NCBI GenBank assembly: GCA_951406725.2
Contig: OX597815.1
Coordinates: 60,760,001-60,824,000 of the forward strand
Length of the DNA: 64,000 nt
Direction: 5' to 3'
Source of the DNA: Octopus vulgaris
Taxonomy: Eukaryota
The notes below the pieces were generated by a model that was not told where the DNA came from, did not search any database, and saw only the letters and a program-made list of their open reading frames with translations. Below are positions 13,700-28,182 of this stretch, one piece after another. Position 1 is the stretch's first letter. Each line of letters opens with the position of its first letter. The translations under genes and the position numbers were made by a program.

Positions 13700-14393
13700 G
13701 GATGGATTCTCCGAACTTTCAGAACAAGAGAGAAGGAGACACTGATGGTCCTATGGAAAACATTCGTCCTCAGCCGCTTGGACTACTGCTCCCAACTGTG
13801 GTCACCACACAATATAGAACTAACAGTAGAACTCGAAGCAATTCAAAGAAGCTACACAAAGAAGATCGTCTCAAAGCAACATATCAGCTACTGGGAAAGA
13901 CTGAAAGTATTAAGCCTCTTCTCCCTAGAGCGAAGGCGGGAGAGATATGCGGTGATATACATCTGCAAAATCCTGGAGGGTCTTGTCCCAAACTTTGGCA
14001 TTCAAAGTTACCCCAACCGCAGAACGGGGCGCCACTGCATGGTGCCAAAGATTCCAACATCACCATCAAAATACAGAACCAGATACTGCAACAGCTTGGG
14101 TTTTAGAGGACCACAGCTCTTTAACATCCTCCCTAAATGCCTGAGAGACTTGCATGGTGTGGATGTGGGTCTCTTTAAAACTAAAGTGGATCTCTTCTTG
14201 TTGGGAGTCCCAGATGAACCTACCTCACGACAGGAGACGCGGATGCGGGCAGCAGCATCGAACTCCCTTGTTGATCAAGTGCCACGTATCAGAGGTGGTT
14301 TCACAAATTAGTGTAGCTCATTCAGCGGTGGTGCCCCAGCATGGCCGCGGCCTTTGGGCTAAAACATTTTTAAGGATTTAAGGATTTAAGGAT
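13700..14393 (+). mobile_element. 5'-truncated non-LTR retrotransposon (CR1/L2-group-like) 3' end
   Basis: ORF 13745-14311 is a post-RT C-terminal region (VLSRLDYCSQLWSP, LEAIQRSYTK, SYWERLKVLSLFSLERRRERY). Short 3' UTR ending in (AAGGATTT)n. Confidence 0.85.
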
Positions 14394-16117
14394 ATATGTA
14401 TATATATATATATATAAACATACCTAGGTATCAACCAGCACACACGTTCTCGCTCGCGCACACACGCACGTGGATAGGTTGCTCCACGTACACAGAACAC
14501 CAGGTGGCGAATCAGTTTGGGAACAATATCATCTGAAACCATCTGAAGCGATCAGAATCGATATTTAGCGACAAAGGTTCTGACGGGGTCGGTGGCAGAG
14601 AGATTGATACTCGTATTCTTGTTATTGTTGTTGTTGATGGTGGTGGTGGAGATGGTGTGTTGGTTATCATGTTTGTTGACCTGGTGGTAGCAGTTTGAGT
14701 AGTTGTTTTGATGGTAGTTAAGTTTCTAATGATGGCGTTAGTGTTAGTGGTGGTGGTTGTAGTAATGGAGTGGGGGTTGTCATTTTAGAGGAGTGATGTA
14801 TTATATGCTAATACTGCTTCAAAAAGTTGAGATACTGATTATATTTATGATAGTTTTAATGGTAATGGTGGTGGTGATAATGAAGGTGTTGATGATGGTG
14901 ACGGAAATGGTGGCGGTGATGATGGTGTTATTGGTGGTCATGGTGGTGGTGGCTGCGGTGATGTTAGTGGCATTATTGTTGTTGTTATTGTTGTTGGTGG
15001 TGGTTAGGGTGGTGACGATGGTGGTGATGTTGCTGTTCGCGGTGATGGTAGTGGTGGCGGTGATTATTGTGTTAGTGATGTTGCTGTTAATGTTTTTGTT
15101 TTTTGGTCAGAATTTTGGTCAAACACGTTCCACTTGCCTCCATCTTTTGGATCTGACATAATACATTTGAGACAATGTTATAGCACGTGCGAAAGTTAGA
15201 GTTCAATATTATAAGGTCGAGGTTCAATTCTTCGAACGGGTGGTCCGTTGCGTTCATGAGCAAGGACTTCATTTCATGTTGCTCCAGTGTACTCCACTTC
15301 AAAATGAGTACCATCCAACGACTGACGCAACCCTCCAGCTCCTTCTTCTTCTTCTTCTTCTTCTTCTTCTTCTTCTTCTTCTTCTTCTTCTTCTTCTTCT
15401 TCTTCTTCTTCTTCTTCTTCTTCTTCTTCTTCTTCAACCCCCCTCTCTCTCCAGCTGTCACTTTATTTTCTGCTGACTCAAGAATAGTCGCCCCCCACCA
15501 CCACCACCAACAAAGTACTTCTGCCTGTTCATGACTACACAGGCCCCTACAACAATTAGCAAAACTACGGGACAAACAATTAAGTTTTATTCCCTTTCGT
15601 TTTATTTTTTAATTAGACGTCGTATGGTGACGTATTTTCGGGTATAAAGTGAGTTGCAGTAATGATGGTGGGGTGAGATACAATGTTGTTTTGTGTGATG
15701 TTCTATAGTGGCGATGTGGTTAGGTATGATAGTGTCTGGTGATGAAGAAGCAACAGTGGGGTGTCGTATCTGAGGTACTGTAGTGACGGTGTGGCTTGGT
15801 ATATACTGTTGTGAAGGGTGTTGCGTAGTGTGAGGTGTAGTAGTCTTGGGGGAGAGTGATATTAGGTGGTATGGGGGGACATTTGGTTGTGCATGTGGTC
15901 TCAGTAATGGCAACTGTGCAGTGATGTGTACGAATCTTATTGATGTAGTCGTGAATGCATACATATAGCTGTCCACGTGTGTATGGTCATGTAAATACAC
16001 ACACACACACATGCGTACATGTATACAAATACATACATACATATCTACATATATACATACATACACATACACATACACACACACATATATATATATATAC
16101 AAATTTGTAGGTGTATA

Positions 16118-16189
<72 letters not shown>

Positions 16190-16603
16190 TATAATTATTT
16201 GTGTGCCTGTGTGTGTATGCCTCTGTGTGTGTGAGTGTGTGTGTGTGTGTATGAAAAGAGTTGGTGGGTTGTGTTGGTTAATGTGTGGAGTGGGTAATGT
16301 GGTTTGGTATGGTGAATGGCTTGAGTGAGGTGGAGAATACCATGTGCAGTTGTGCGTACAGTGTGCAATGGCGCGATGCAGAACTTGTTTCTATATATAT
16401 ATATGTAGTTATACATTCATACGTACACACACACATGCGCGCAGCACATAGACACATAAATGTGTGTATATATGTGTATGTATCTGTATATACAACGCGC
16501 TCTCTCGAATAGTTACAAACAATTATACATACATATATATATGCGCGCGCGCATGTGTGTGTGCGTATGTATATATATGTATGCATATATATGTATATAT
16601 ATG

Positions 16604-16662
<59 letters not shown>

Positions 16663-16709
16663 AGAGAGATAGGATGGGAAGAAAGATAGATAGACAGATG
16701 CAGACAGAC

Positions 16710-16890
<181 letters not shown>

Positions 16891-17082
16891 CAAGCACATC
16901 TGTATATGCACTTACACACAGAGACAAATAGAGATTGGTACAGAAAAAATTCCGATAAACAAATTAGGACAAATATACATAGATCATACACCACACAGCA
17001 TGGCGATATATCATTGTTGGGATACATCACAATGATATATACATATAAATATGTATATACATCCATACACAAACACACACAC

Positions 17083-17142
<60 letters not shown>

Positions 17143-18039
17143 CATACATACACACACGGACACACACAGACGCGCACACACTCACACACACACATCTGTA
17201 TGTTCGCGCACACACATGCACATACACACACTTCCCCACACCCACACGTACATACATACACACTCATACACACACATACACACACACACACACACACGGA
17301 CATACATCTATGCACACACATATATACACACATACTCACATACATTCATCGGACACACTGCCACCCAGACATACACACAGACACACTCACACATCCACAC
17401 GCACACATACGTACGCGCACACTCGCAGGCTCGCGCACACACGCGTTTGCGCCGGTTCGCGCACGCATGCGCCCGCATGCACCTCGCCCTTGGATCCGAC
17501 GAGACCTCCCGCCCGTTCCTGGGATGTCGCTTGTCGTTGGGTTTTCCCACGCGCGTCTCCGCGGGACCACTCCTCCATCTTCCCCTCCGCTGGAGTCCTT
17601 TTCCTAAACCCCCCCCCCCCTTTTTTTTTGTTACACACACGCGCACACATATACACACATTGCTTAAACATATACATCACTCTTACACACATTCAATCTA
17701 CTCGCCACTAATACTACCACGACACTGGACACACACACACACTACTACTCAACACACGCTGGCACGCTACATACGCCCCCACCCCTTCCCCTCCCTCCCT
17801 TCCTCCTTCCTCCCTTTTCTCACTACTGACCTTTGTCTGCTATGCTGCTGCTATGCTGACCACCGTCTCGCCCTACCTCACACGCCTACACACAGACGCA
17901 CACACTAACACATACATATATTTTTTGTTTTTTTGTTTTTTTTACCTCGCCTCACACACACACATACACACACGCACACGCACACACTCACACATACACA
18001 CACATCTGTTGCGTTACCAACCTTGTCTCCACTCTTTTG

Positions 18040-18296
18040 CCTTTAAAAACCCACTTTGCTCTTGTTATCGTAAACATCCGCCTTTCACCATGTGCTTCTG
18101 CTAACACCAGCCGTTTTTTTCTCTATCTCCGTTGCCCGCTCCGGGATCTTTCTTTCCTCTCTCTTCCTTCTTTATGTTTCCGACGAAGAGCTCCGCTCGA
18201 AACGTCATACCTCCCTGCTTCCATTTCCTGAGCGCCTATTAATAATAATACTGTAATTGTTCCCTTGTTGTTGTTTTTTTGTTTCCCGTTTGGATT

Positions 18297-18302
<6 letters not shown>
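18040..18302 (+). mobile_element. PLE pLTR remnant with minimal hammerhead
   Basis: Shares tatgtttc(c/t)ga(c/t)gaagagctccgctcgaaacgt...ttcctgagcg with the minus-strand copy at 58770-59030. Ends in (TA)n. Confidence 0.65.
18176..18210 (+). ncRNA. Minimal hammerhead motif (degenerate core)
   Basis: gttt-CCGACGA-a-gagc-tcc-gctc-GAAA-cg-TC-atac. Stem II gagc/gctc, loopless palindromic stem III ACGT, GUC triplet. Confidence 0.65.
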
Positions 18303-18390
<88 letters not shown>

Positions 18391-18530
18391 TATATATGTA
18401 TCCCAACAATGATATATCACCATGATGTGTGGTGTATGATCTATGTATATATGTCAATATCTGTTTATTGGATTTTTTCTTTACCAATTTCTATGTCTCT
18501 AACTGTGTATAAGTGCATATATAGGTGTCC

Positions 18531-18576
<46 letters not shown>

Positions 18577-18625
18577 GTCTGTCTGTCTGTCTGTCTATGT
18601 ATCTATCTACCCATCCCTCTGTCCT

Positions 18626-18680
<55 letters not shown>

Positions 18681-18747
18681 CATATATATATATATATATT
18701 TATGTATGTATATATATATGCGCATATGCATACATATATACATACAC

Positions 18748-18806
<59 letters not shown>

Positions 18807-19486
18807 TGTGTGCGTGTATATAAGTGAGTAGAGTATATATATGTACGTGTGTTTATACCAAGGTCTATTCGTATGCATGCCTATGCAAATGCATATGTGC
18901 GCTTGAATGTGAATTTGGCATTGTGAGCATGTGTATGTGTGTGTATGTTTTTCTACCCTTCTGTATGTATATCGATGTTTAGTTTCAAAAATAATAAATG
19001 AGTGAGATAATGGTGCCATGAAAGCAGTATGAACCTATACGTTCCCATGGTGTTATGAGTGCGTGTCTCTTGTCTAGAATGTATGCAAATATATAAAACA
19101 CACACACACACACACACACTCACACAAACATACACACATACCTCGGTACAGTCAATGAATAGATTAACAGCTTGTGGTTATTAATAATATCATGACAGTG
19201 TTAAGATTGCAGTCTCTCGGCTAACGAAAGTCCACAAATGTTCTCAATACATATATGAATTTATTGGAAATATGAATGGCTTCCTGTTATGCGCAGCAAA
19301 TATGCCTGAAAATACACAAACATTCAAGGGAGGTAACAAGTTCGATTAACTAAATTGTTTGACAAATAAAATTGAAGCATTTAGTAGCAACAGGAAAAGG
19401 TTGCAGGCGTATTTCAGTTTTATTACATGTCTTAGGTCTTCAATAAAGTACATTCATGTAATTGACAGTATTTAGAAGAGATTAGT

Positions 19487-19532
<46 letters not shown>

Positions 19533-19959
19533 ACGTAAGTGTCGAACGATGAAAATTAGTGCTCAACACCGCATTTGTGGATAGAATTTCTTTATTTGCT
19601 ACCATTGGTTTCATGTTAAGAAAAATAAGAAAATAACTTAATATCTTAACAATTGTTGAAGCTGGTCACATAGAGGAACGGTGTTCATGATAAACACAGT
19701 CTCGTTGAATTCGTAAGAGATTCTCATAGAACAAAACAATAAATCAAGGGGCGCTACTCTTGGTTGGTATACTTTGAATGGTTATCTCCCTTGGGTTTGA
19801 CTTTTGAATATCACATGCGGTTTATGTGATGTTCGCATGCTTGTGTGCCGAGGTAGTTCGTCACAGGGGCATATTTCTTCTGTGTGTGGAGGTCGAGTGT
19901 TTTGTATATTCAAATACCACGTTCAGGAAAGGGGCTTGGAAGGATTAGCAGCGCAGGTG

Positions 19960-20402
19960 GTGGTTCCTCTTTGAGGTGTTTAATTTTGAAATATTGCTTG
20001 TGTACGCAGACAGAGAAGAGTTCATACCTGATATTTAGGATGTTATCTGTTCTCTCTGCGATATCTAGTTCTTTAGTAATGCAGAGTTCACATTTGGTAC
20101 CCGTTCCTCTGTATTTTCTGGCTTTAGCAACGATGTGCCTTTTATTTTTAGGTTACTTATTCTACCTTTCAATGTTCATATCATATTGGATAGGAATGCT
20201 GCGTTCTTTTTTTTAAATGTTTATCTCTGAATGACGCCAGGTGTTGTGTTTAGCTTTCCTTGAACGAGTTGCCTATCTTTCTGATATGCGTCTTTGCTAC
20301 TCCGTTCAAATCCGTGATCTTGGCCTTGTATACACGTTCTTTTTGTAGATAGTTGTTGTTTAGAGGGCATTGGTTTGGAGATCTACAGTTGCATTGTCTT
20401 GT
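19960..20402 (-). pseudogene. Penelope-like GIY-YIG endonuclease domain remnant
   Basis: Minus-strand translation gives CNCRSPNQCPLNNNYLQKERVYKAKI...GNSFKES*TQHLASF and later ILNIRYELFSVCVHK, matching the PLE EN pattern CNCR..CPL...VYKA...FK.R..H..SF...LN.RSEL...CRH. Contains stops. Confidence 0.75.
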
Positions 20403-21815
20403 ATATGTTGATCACATATACATATACATTTTTAATGATAAATTATAGATCTTTTATAGATTTCAGGGTCACCACTTTTAATTACGACGTCTTGTATACA
20501 AACACTTCAATATAAATAATATGATCAAAGATAAAAAAGGCTAATCCCAGTACATCGATATTTCAAGAGTTATTGCTCTTCCATCAGCACCACATCAAAC
20601 CCACGAACGCATTGATTTAGCCGTGTAACACTATTGAAGAAAGCAATTTACATATTAAGCACATATTAAGCTAGTACGTAAATATTAATTTCTAGCAAGG
20701 GTACAGTATTTCGTTTTACAACCATAGTATACTACTAAGTATATTGAAGGTTTACAGGTCAATGTTGTGTATGATATTTGTGTTAACAGTGAGATATTCT
20801 CATTTTAAGTCATCTATCAAATAGTGTCACATCGCTAAACTTAATGAATATTTCAGCATTGCACTCGGCAATAGTTAATCGCGGATAGTTGATTGTTAAT
20901 GGTGGTACTGATGAAAGAGCAATAATTCTTGAAATATACATATTCACCATCACTTAATGTTTCTATCTTCGATCGCATCGTTTACGCTGGCGTATTCGTA
21001 TTCGTATACGAATCGTCACAACAATGAATGAGACCTCGATATTATGTAAATAGAGGAATTTATATGTAATACAATATGTGACAATTATTCGGTTGCCATA
21101 ATAAAACTCCGAGTTTCGGATATCGGGGTGGAAATCTGCTCCGGCATGAAAATGACCGTTAAATGCTATGAAAATGACCGTTAAACAAAGTGAACTTACT
21201 ATGAAGATAACCGTTATTAAGACAAACAAAAGAGCTATTAGAATGACCGTTAAATAAAGGGAAAAATCCTGAAAAAAGAGAAAATAAAAACAGCTCATAG
21301 AATTCGCGTGTGCGAGCGTGTACATGCATACACATGCGCGCACGCACACTAACGTACATGTACGTATATCCATATTCTCACTCACACACGCGTGAAACGC
21401 GTACATGCACCCACCCACACATACACCTATATGTATACATATATATGCATCCACACACACATACACATACATATCCGCACACACGCACACGTATATGTAC
21501 CCATACGCGCACAATTATATTCATATACACGTCTAAATAAGCATATGCTATATATGCTTATACTTACTCTCACTCATGTGAAACACATACATGCACACCC
21601 ACGCACAAACCTATATATATACATATGTATGCAACCATACACATGTACACATATAAATATATTTTTACATATTTTTCTGTATATTACCTTTCACCCTGCA
21701 TTTTTGTGCATGTACGTATATAGACATGTATATGAACATAATTGTGCGCGTATGGCTATATATATGTGTATGTGTGTACGGATATGTATGTGTACATGTT
21801 TATGGTTGCATATAC

Positions 21816-21872
21816 GGTGGTGCCCCAGCATGGCCGCAGCTTTCGGGCTGACATATTTTTTTAAGGATTTAT
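21816..21872 (+). mobile_element. Extremely 5'-truncated copy of the LINE at 13700-14393 (3' tail only)
   Basis: cggtggtgccccagcatggccgcagctttcgggctgacatatttttttaaggattta closely matches 14326-14380. Confidence 0.75.
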
Positions 21873-23183
21873 ACATACATATATGCACGTATGTATGTTT
21901 ATGAATGTAAATATAATTTATGTTTTTCTGAACTGCCTTAGGTCAACTTTTCTCAAAGTTACAGGAGTTCCAACTCGTGGCCTTCCCATGTTTAAGGACG
22001 CACACGGCATTTAGGTTCACGTCATCTATTGTTATCTTCTTTAAGACAGAAAGGTTGATTTGAGAGTGCTTGGACTGTTAAGTAGAATATATCGAACGAC
22101 CATTTAAGAGCTTCATCTTGTGTTGTGAGGATGGTGTCGTTGTTGATGTGACCGGATGTTTGAAGGGTTGTGAGGTTTAGCCGCAGCGATCTGAAGGTCG
22201 GGACATACTTCGGCACGAAACTACACCCTTTGCAACGTCTGGTAGGCTTTCACGTTCAGTATGTTTCATTTTATTCTCAGTAATTGTGGTCGGTATGCAA
22301 AATGTTATGTCACTGATCGAGAAAGTAAACACTGTAATCATTCCGTAACCATCCTGAATTTTTCTCCCCTGTGTCTTTCTTTTTTGCAGTAGAGGACAGT
22401 TTAAAGAATTAGTTGTTATTTCTCGTAAATCTATCGATCGTATATTCCTTCATTGGTTGTTCATTGTTTCTTCCTGCTGACCAACTAAGACGGACGAGAG
22501 TTCTATTAAAATTTTCCCGCATTCTTTTCCTCTTCTCAGTCTGTGTGTCATACAATTAAGCAGGAATATCTTTGTTTTGTGGGTTGTTTTACTTAATGTG
22601 ATGGCTGATATCTCCGGAGAGTAAGGTTGATTAGATTAGCGAAACTTTTGGAGGGTCTTATTGTTTGGAACAAAAATTCAGGTTCCATATAAATGGTTCG
22701 GATTACTTCTATACGGATTAAGCTGTGCAACCAGAATTGTGCAAAGGTAACCTGGATATCATTTGCATATGAAACTGGTGGTACGTTAGGGTTAAAGAGC
22801 ATGATTAAGAGAATGGATCCTTGCAGTTCAACGTTCAGGAAATGGTCTCTTGTATAAACGTGGTGGACTATTGTGTGTGATATAGTGGTAGCGTGGTGTG
22901 GTGATCTGCTGCACATGGCTGGGTGGAAGATATTTTTATTGTGTGGTGTGTCACGTGTGGATTGGGATCAGAAAAGATCATGTGATGTGAGTGTGGGGAG
23001 TGATTATGGAGTGGGGGCAATAGTATTGTGGTGATGTAGTGGAGCGGTGGGGTGGCGTTGTGGCGGCGATCACGTGTGGCATTCTTCATTGAATGCAATA
23101 TGCCCTGATGTTGTACAGAAAATGTGTGTACGTGCGTGAATGAATATGATAAATTACACTCGTGTGTATGTATGCATGTATGA

Positions 23184-23225
<42 letters not shown>

Positions 23226-23294
23226 GTGCACACACAGACATATATATATACATATATATATATACATACACATACGCATATATATATATATATG

Positions 23295-23342
<48 letters not shown>

Positions 23343-23381
23343 TGTATATGAATATGTATATATATATATATATAGAGAGAG

Positions 23382-23438
<57 letters not shown>

Positions 23439-23903
23439 TTCAGACATATGCAGGCATACAGACAGACATGTACAGACACACATATGCATAAGTGTATGCA
23501 CGTATATGTGTGATTGGCTGGAAGGTTATGAGAAAGGATGAGCTGAGGGGGTGGGATTGTAAGTATTGTTTGTAGCAGTGAGTATATGTTTGTATGTATG
23601 AATTATATATGTATACATTCACACATGCATATACACACACACGTACACACACATTCAAATGCATTGTGTATTTCTGTATACTTGTCTATAGATGTGTCAT
23701 ATATATGAATGGAATGGGTGTGTCTGTATCTGTAAATAGTTGCTAAAACAAAACTACTGGGTGGTATTAATACCGGGTATGTGTATGCTGTAAGCAATGG
23801 AGTGCATTGGCGTGTACCTTTTATACCGATATGTATGTTAAGGCGTGCGAAAATGTGTTTCAATACATCTTCGTATCTCTATGTATGTGCTATTATTAAA
23901 TGT

Positions 23904-23950
<47 letters not shown>

Positions 23951-23962
23951 TGTGTGTGTGAA

Positions 23963-23995
<33 letters not shown>

Positions 23996-24404
23996 GCGCG
24001 CGCTCACGATTGCAAGAGCCGGCGGCTTGCGGGTGATGTTTAACAGGAACTTCTTACTGATATCGTATATATTTTATCTGCAAAAGTTTGTATGTATTCA
24101 TGGATGGACGAGTTGGTTTGTGTATGCGTTTCTATGTGTGCTTGTGTCTGTTTCTGAATGTATACACATATATGTGCAATGTATCCATGTACCATGCGTA
24201 CTATTGAAAGTGTGTGTGTGTGTGTGTGAGTGCATTTGTGTGTGTGTAGGGGGCATTTGTATGTGTAGTATATTTGGTAAGATGGCGACTACAGAGCGTT
24301 GTTCAAACGGACTGGTGGGAAGAGATTGTGTGAAGCAAAGACACTGAGGACTGGTGTGGTATAGTATGGTGATGGGCGTGGTATGGATGGTAGTTATGTG
24401 CGTG

Positions 24405-24447
<43 letters not shown>

Positions 24448-24641
24448 TTATATGCATACATATAAGTATGTGCATGTATATGTGTATGCACTTATATACA
24501 TATGTACGCGTATAGATATATACATAAACAAATACGTACGTATATCAGTATGTGTATGACTCTGTGTATGTGCATGCGCTTACTTGCTTGCTTGTGTTTG
24601 TGTGTTTACTTGTTTGTTTGTGCGTGTGTGTATGCGTGTGA

Positions 24642-24692
<51 letters not shown>

Positions 24693-25187
24693 CGTGTGTG
24701 CGTGCGTGTATGCGTGTGTGCCTGTGTGCTCGCGTGGATGCACAGTAGATTGAGGGCAATTTTAAAACGTGTCGATCGATAAGCGACCTCTATCGACAGC
24801 TGCTAGCGACGCCGAACGCATTAATTGTATGTGTATGTATAAATGTATGGATGGTCTTTCTCTTCCACCTACCCCCTCACATGCCCATATATCGTGTATG
24901 TGTGTATCTCTGTTATGGTAGTGTGCTTCAATATTACTTGTATGTTTCTGTAGTTGTGTGTGTATGTGTGTGTCCATGTGTGTGAAAGCGTGAGTATCTC
25001 TATGAGTGCTTGCTTGATTACGTTGGCGTATTTGTCATTTCATATGTGTAGAAATATGTATAGATGTATTGCGTATGAAACTGTTTGTCATATGTGGAAG
25101 TATATGTGTGTATATATATATACACACACATATATATATGTTTATATTTATCAATACGTATATATTTGTATGTATATGAATATATGG

Positions 25188-25241
<54 letters not shown>

Positions 25242-25358
25242 TATTAGAATAATTTATGTATAAATTTGTATTTTCTCCGTAGTTTTTTGTGCTAAGCCAC
25301 TTGGTGTTAAATTAATGGTATTATTAAATTAATATCGATTTTTCACCCTCATTTATAA

Positions 25359-25402
<44 letters not shown>

Positions 25403-25468
25403 AATATATATATATGTTTGCGTGTTTATATATACGTGTATATATACATACATACATATATATATGTG

Positions 25469-25517
<49 letters not shown>

Positions 25518-25799
25518 GTATGTATATGTATGTATATGTATGTATATGTATATATATATATATGCATGTATGCATACAGATGCACAATAATATAATATAA
25601 AATAAATCTACAGGTTTTTAACAAACATTGTGTGCATAGGCAGATGAAAACATCTTATCTTTTATGACAATGTCTTTGTGAACAGAATAAGTGGGAATAC
25701 CCTATAAAAGACATGCAGAAAAAATATATATGCATGTATGTATATGTTCGAGTTTGCATGAGTGTGTGTGTCTGTGTGCGCATGTGTGTGCCTATGCGT

Positions 25800-25847
<48 letters not shown>

Positions 25848-26084
25848 GTGGTGTGCTGATACTGAGCACTCTAAAAGTCAAGAACATAAGCAACTCCATA
25901 AAATTTAAGTGAAATTAAGTATAACTGGTATTATAAAATTAATTTGGAATAATTTATAGAATATTTTTAGTTAATAATTAAAAAAAAAATTTTAAATATA
26001 AAGGGAACTTAAAAACTTTAAAATCTCAAAACTTTACTTTCAGCACAAAGATGTAGAATATATTTTATGAATATATTTTATGAT

Positions 26085-26501
26085 AAGGCGGCGAGCTGGC
26101 AGAAACGTTAGCGCGCCGGGCGATATGCTTATCGGTATTTCCTCTGCCGCTACGTTCTGAGTTCAAATTCCGCCGAGGTCGACTTTGCCTTTCATCCTTT
26201 CGGGGTTGATTAAATAAGTACCAGTTACACACTGGGGTCGATATAATCAACTTAATCCGTTTGTCTGTCCTTGTTTGTCCTATCTGTGTTTAGCCTCTAA
26301 TGGGTAGTATAGAAATAGGTATTTTGTCTGCCGTTACATTCTGAGTTCAAATTCCGCCGAGGTCGACTTTGCCTTTCATCCGTTCGGGGTCGATACATAA
26401 AGTACCAGTTACGCACTGGGGTCGATGTAATCGACTTAATCCCTTTGTCTGTCTTTGTCTGTCCCCTCTATGTTTAGCCTCTTGTGGGCAATAAAGAAAT
26501 A
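26085..26501 (+). mobile_element. tRNA-derived SINE, family B, with tandem partial duplication
   Basis: Head aaggcggcgagctggcagaaacgttagc, B-box-like gagttcaaattcc. The body (ggtatt...agaaata) occurs twice, at about 26134-26320 and 26318-26501. Confidence 0.88.
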
Positions 26502-26599
26502 TATATTTTATGATTTTTTGATACAAAACAACTTCCTCAATTTGATACAAAATGTTATTGCAATAACTTAACTTAGTCTTATAATAGTTCTTATACAAA

Positions 26600-27300
26600 C
26601 AAAATCTACTACATTTATCAAAAATACAAACTTTGGTATTACATTCTTAGTATTTCACAAATGTTGCCTTAAGAGCATTATTATCTTACATGCCCTAATA
26701 GCTCTCCTATGATAATTCTAATATTTACCAAAAAGTAAACCGTTTCTACGTTCGTATGGGAGAAAAAGATTCAACCATGGTTAACGATGTTGTCGCATTG
26801 TATACTGTAAATATAAATTCCTCTCTTTTGACGGAAAATATATAGAGGGGAATAATTTGCTATTTCTGTTATTGGACTGTAACATCAAGCCCAAGACTAT
26901 CAAGAAATTCTGTGAGAGCTCTAATAATTTCTTCAAAAATTGCAGACAAAATGCATTTAATAGCATGAATGTAGATCATTTTCTATATACATCCTACAAA
27001 ATAACAAATAACGGTAAAATATATTCGTAAGACTTCTAACCACCTTAAAAGTATTAAAAATTTGGTTAAAGACCTTTCCTTAGGCTATGTACTTTATCTT
27101 GTAATCAACAGAATTTAATGAGACATACCACATTTACAACGAAACACTCAATGGAATCAGCCACACTTAAAAAGTCAATTACAACGTTAATACACATTAA
27201 CACCTATGCGGAGTGGTATAATCCACCCTACAAATTTAATCCTGATAGCCAAACATTTCATTAAACATATCCTACAGAAATATTTGTTTTTTAATCATAA
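26600..27300 (+). pseudogene. Highly decayed Penelope-like RT C-terminus/linker
   Basis: gagtggtataatccaccctac (about 27211-27231) reads EWYNPPY, the W(F/Y)NPP(Y/F) motif of PLE RT-EN linkers. No intact frame. Confidence 0.45.
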
Positions 27301-27931
27301 ATATCATAAATTAGTTAACCACAGTATATTAGAAACTTTATTCTGATTACATACAATTTTGTGGTAATTGTACCAAATTCTAATCTCTCCAAACAACAAC
27401 AAACAAAAGGTAATTAAGCCCAGAATTTCAAAATGGCCTTGTAATCGGTCAGCCCTCATCAAGACAAGATTGGCAATACGGTTCATATGGTAGTGTTAGC
27501 AAAAATAAACGGTTAAATGGAGGGAAGTAACAAAACGAGATGAAGGGTGGAAGAAAAGAAAGGAACATTTCAAGAACATAAGAAGAAAGGAAGAAGATAG
27601 AATAGAAGAAAAAGAGACGGAGAGAAGAGAAGATAAAGTTAAGATTGGCCTGGAGAAATAAACGTTACAGTTGATCAAGCTAAAGTTATACACACAATAA
27701 ATCAGTTAGGAATGTCAATTGATCAGATAAGGAGTCACAGTTTTTGTACATTTCATCTGTAAATTGTGACCATTATAATTATTACGTAACTCTGGGTTGC
27801 CTGAAACAGCTGTCGAATTAAGAAATTAAATATTTTCTTCACATTTTATTCTGTATTTTTGTGCTCCATGTAAAGATAGTTATATCAAATTGTGTTTATC
27901 TCCCCTACTACATTCCCTCTTTCTCTTTCTT

Positions 27932-28081
<150 letters not shown>

Positions 28082-28128
28082 TTTTACCCGTTCGAGCCAT
28101 GCGGTTGCGGTCATGTTGTACATGTATC

Positions 28129-28182
<54 letters not shown>

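Noticed and set aside
14793-15161. Hydrophobic 122-aa ORF resembling a membrane protein (similar tracts at 5700-6900)
   Set aside because: Decayed GTG/GAT/GTT trinucleotide repeats.
21930-22870. Possible ancient RT remnant on the minus strand
   Set aside because: Only faint resemblance to Penelope RT, with no diagnostic motif.
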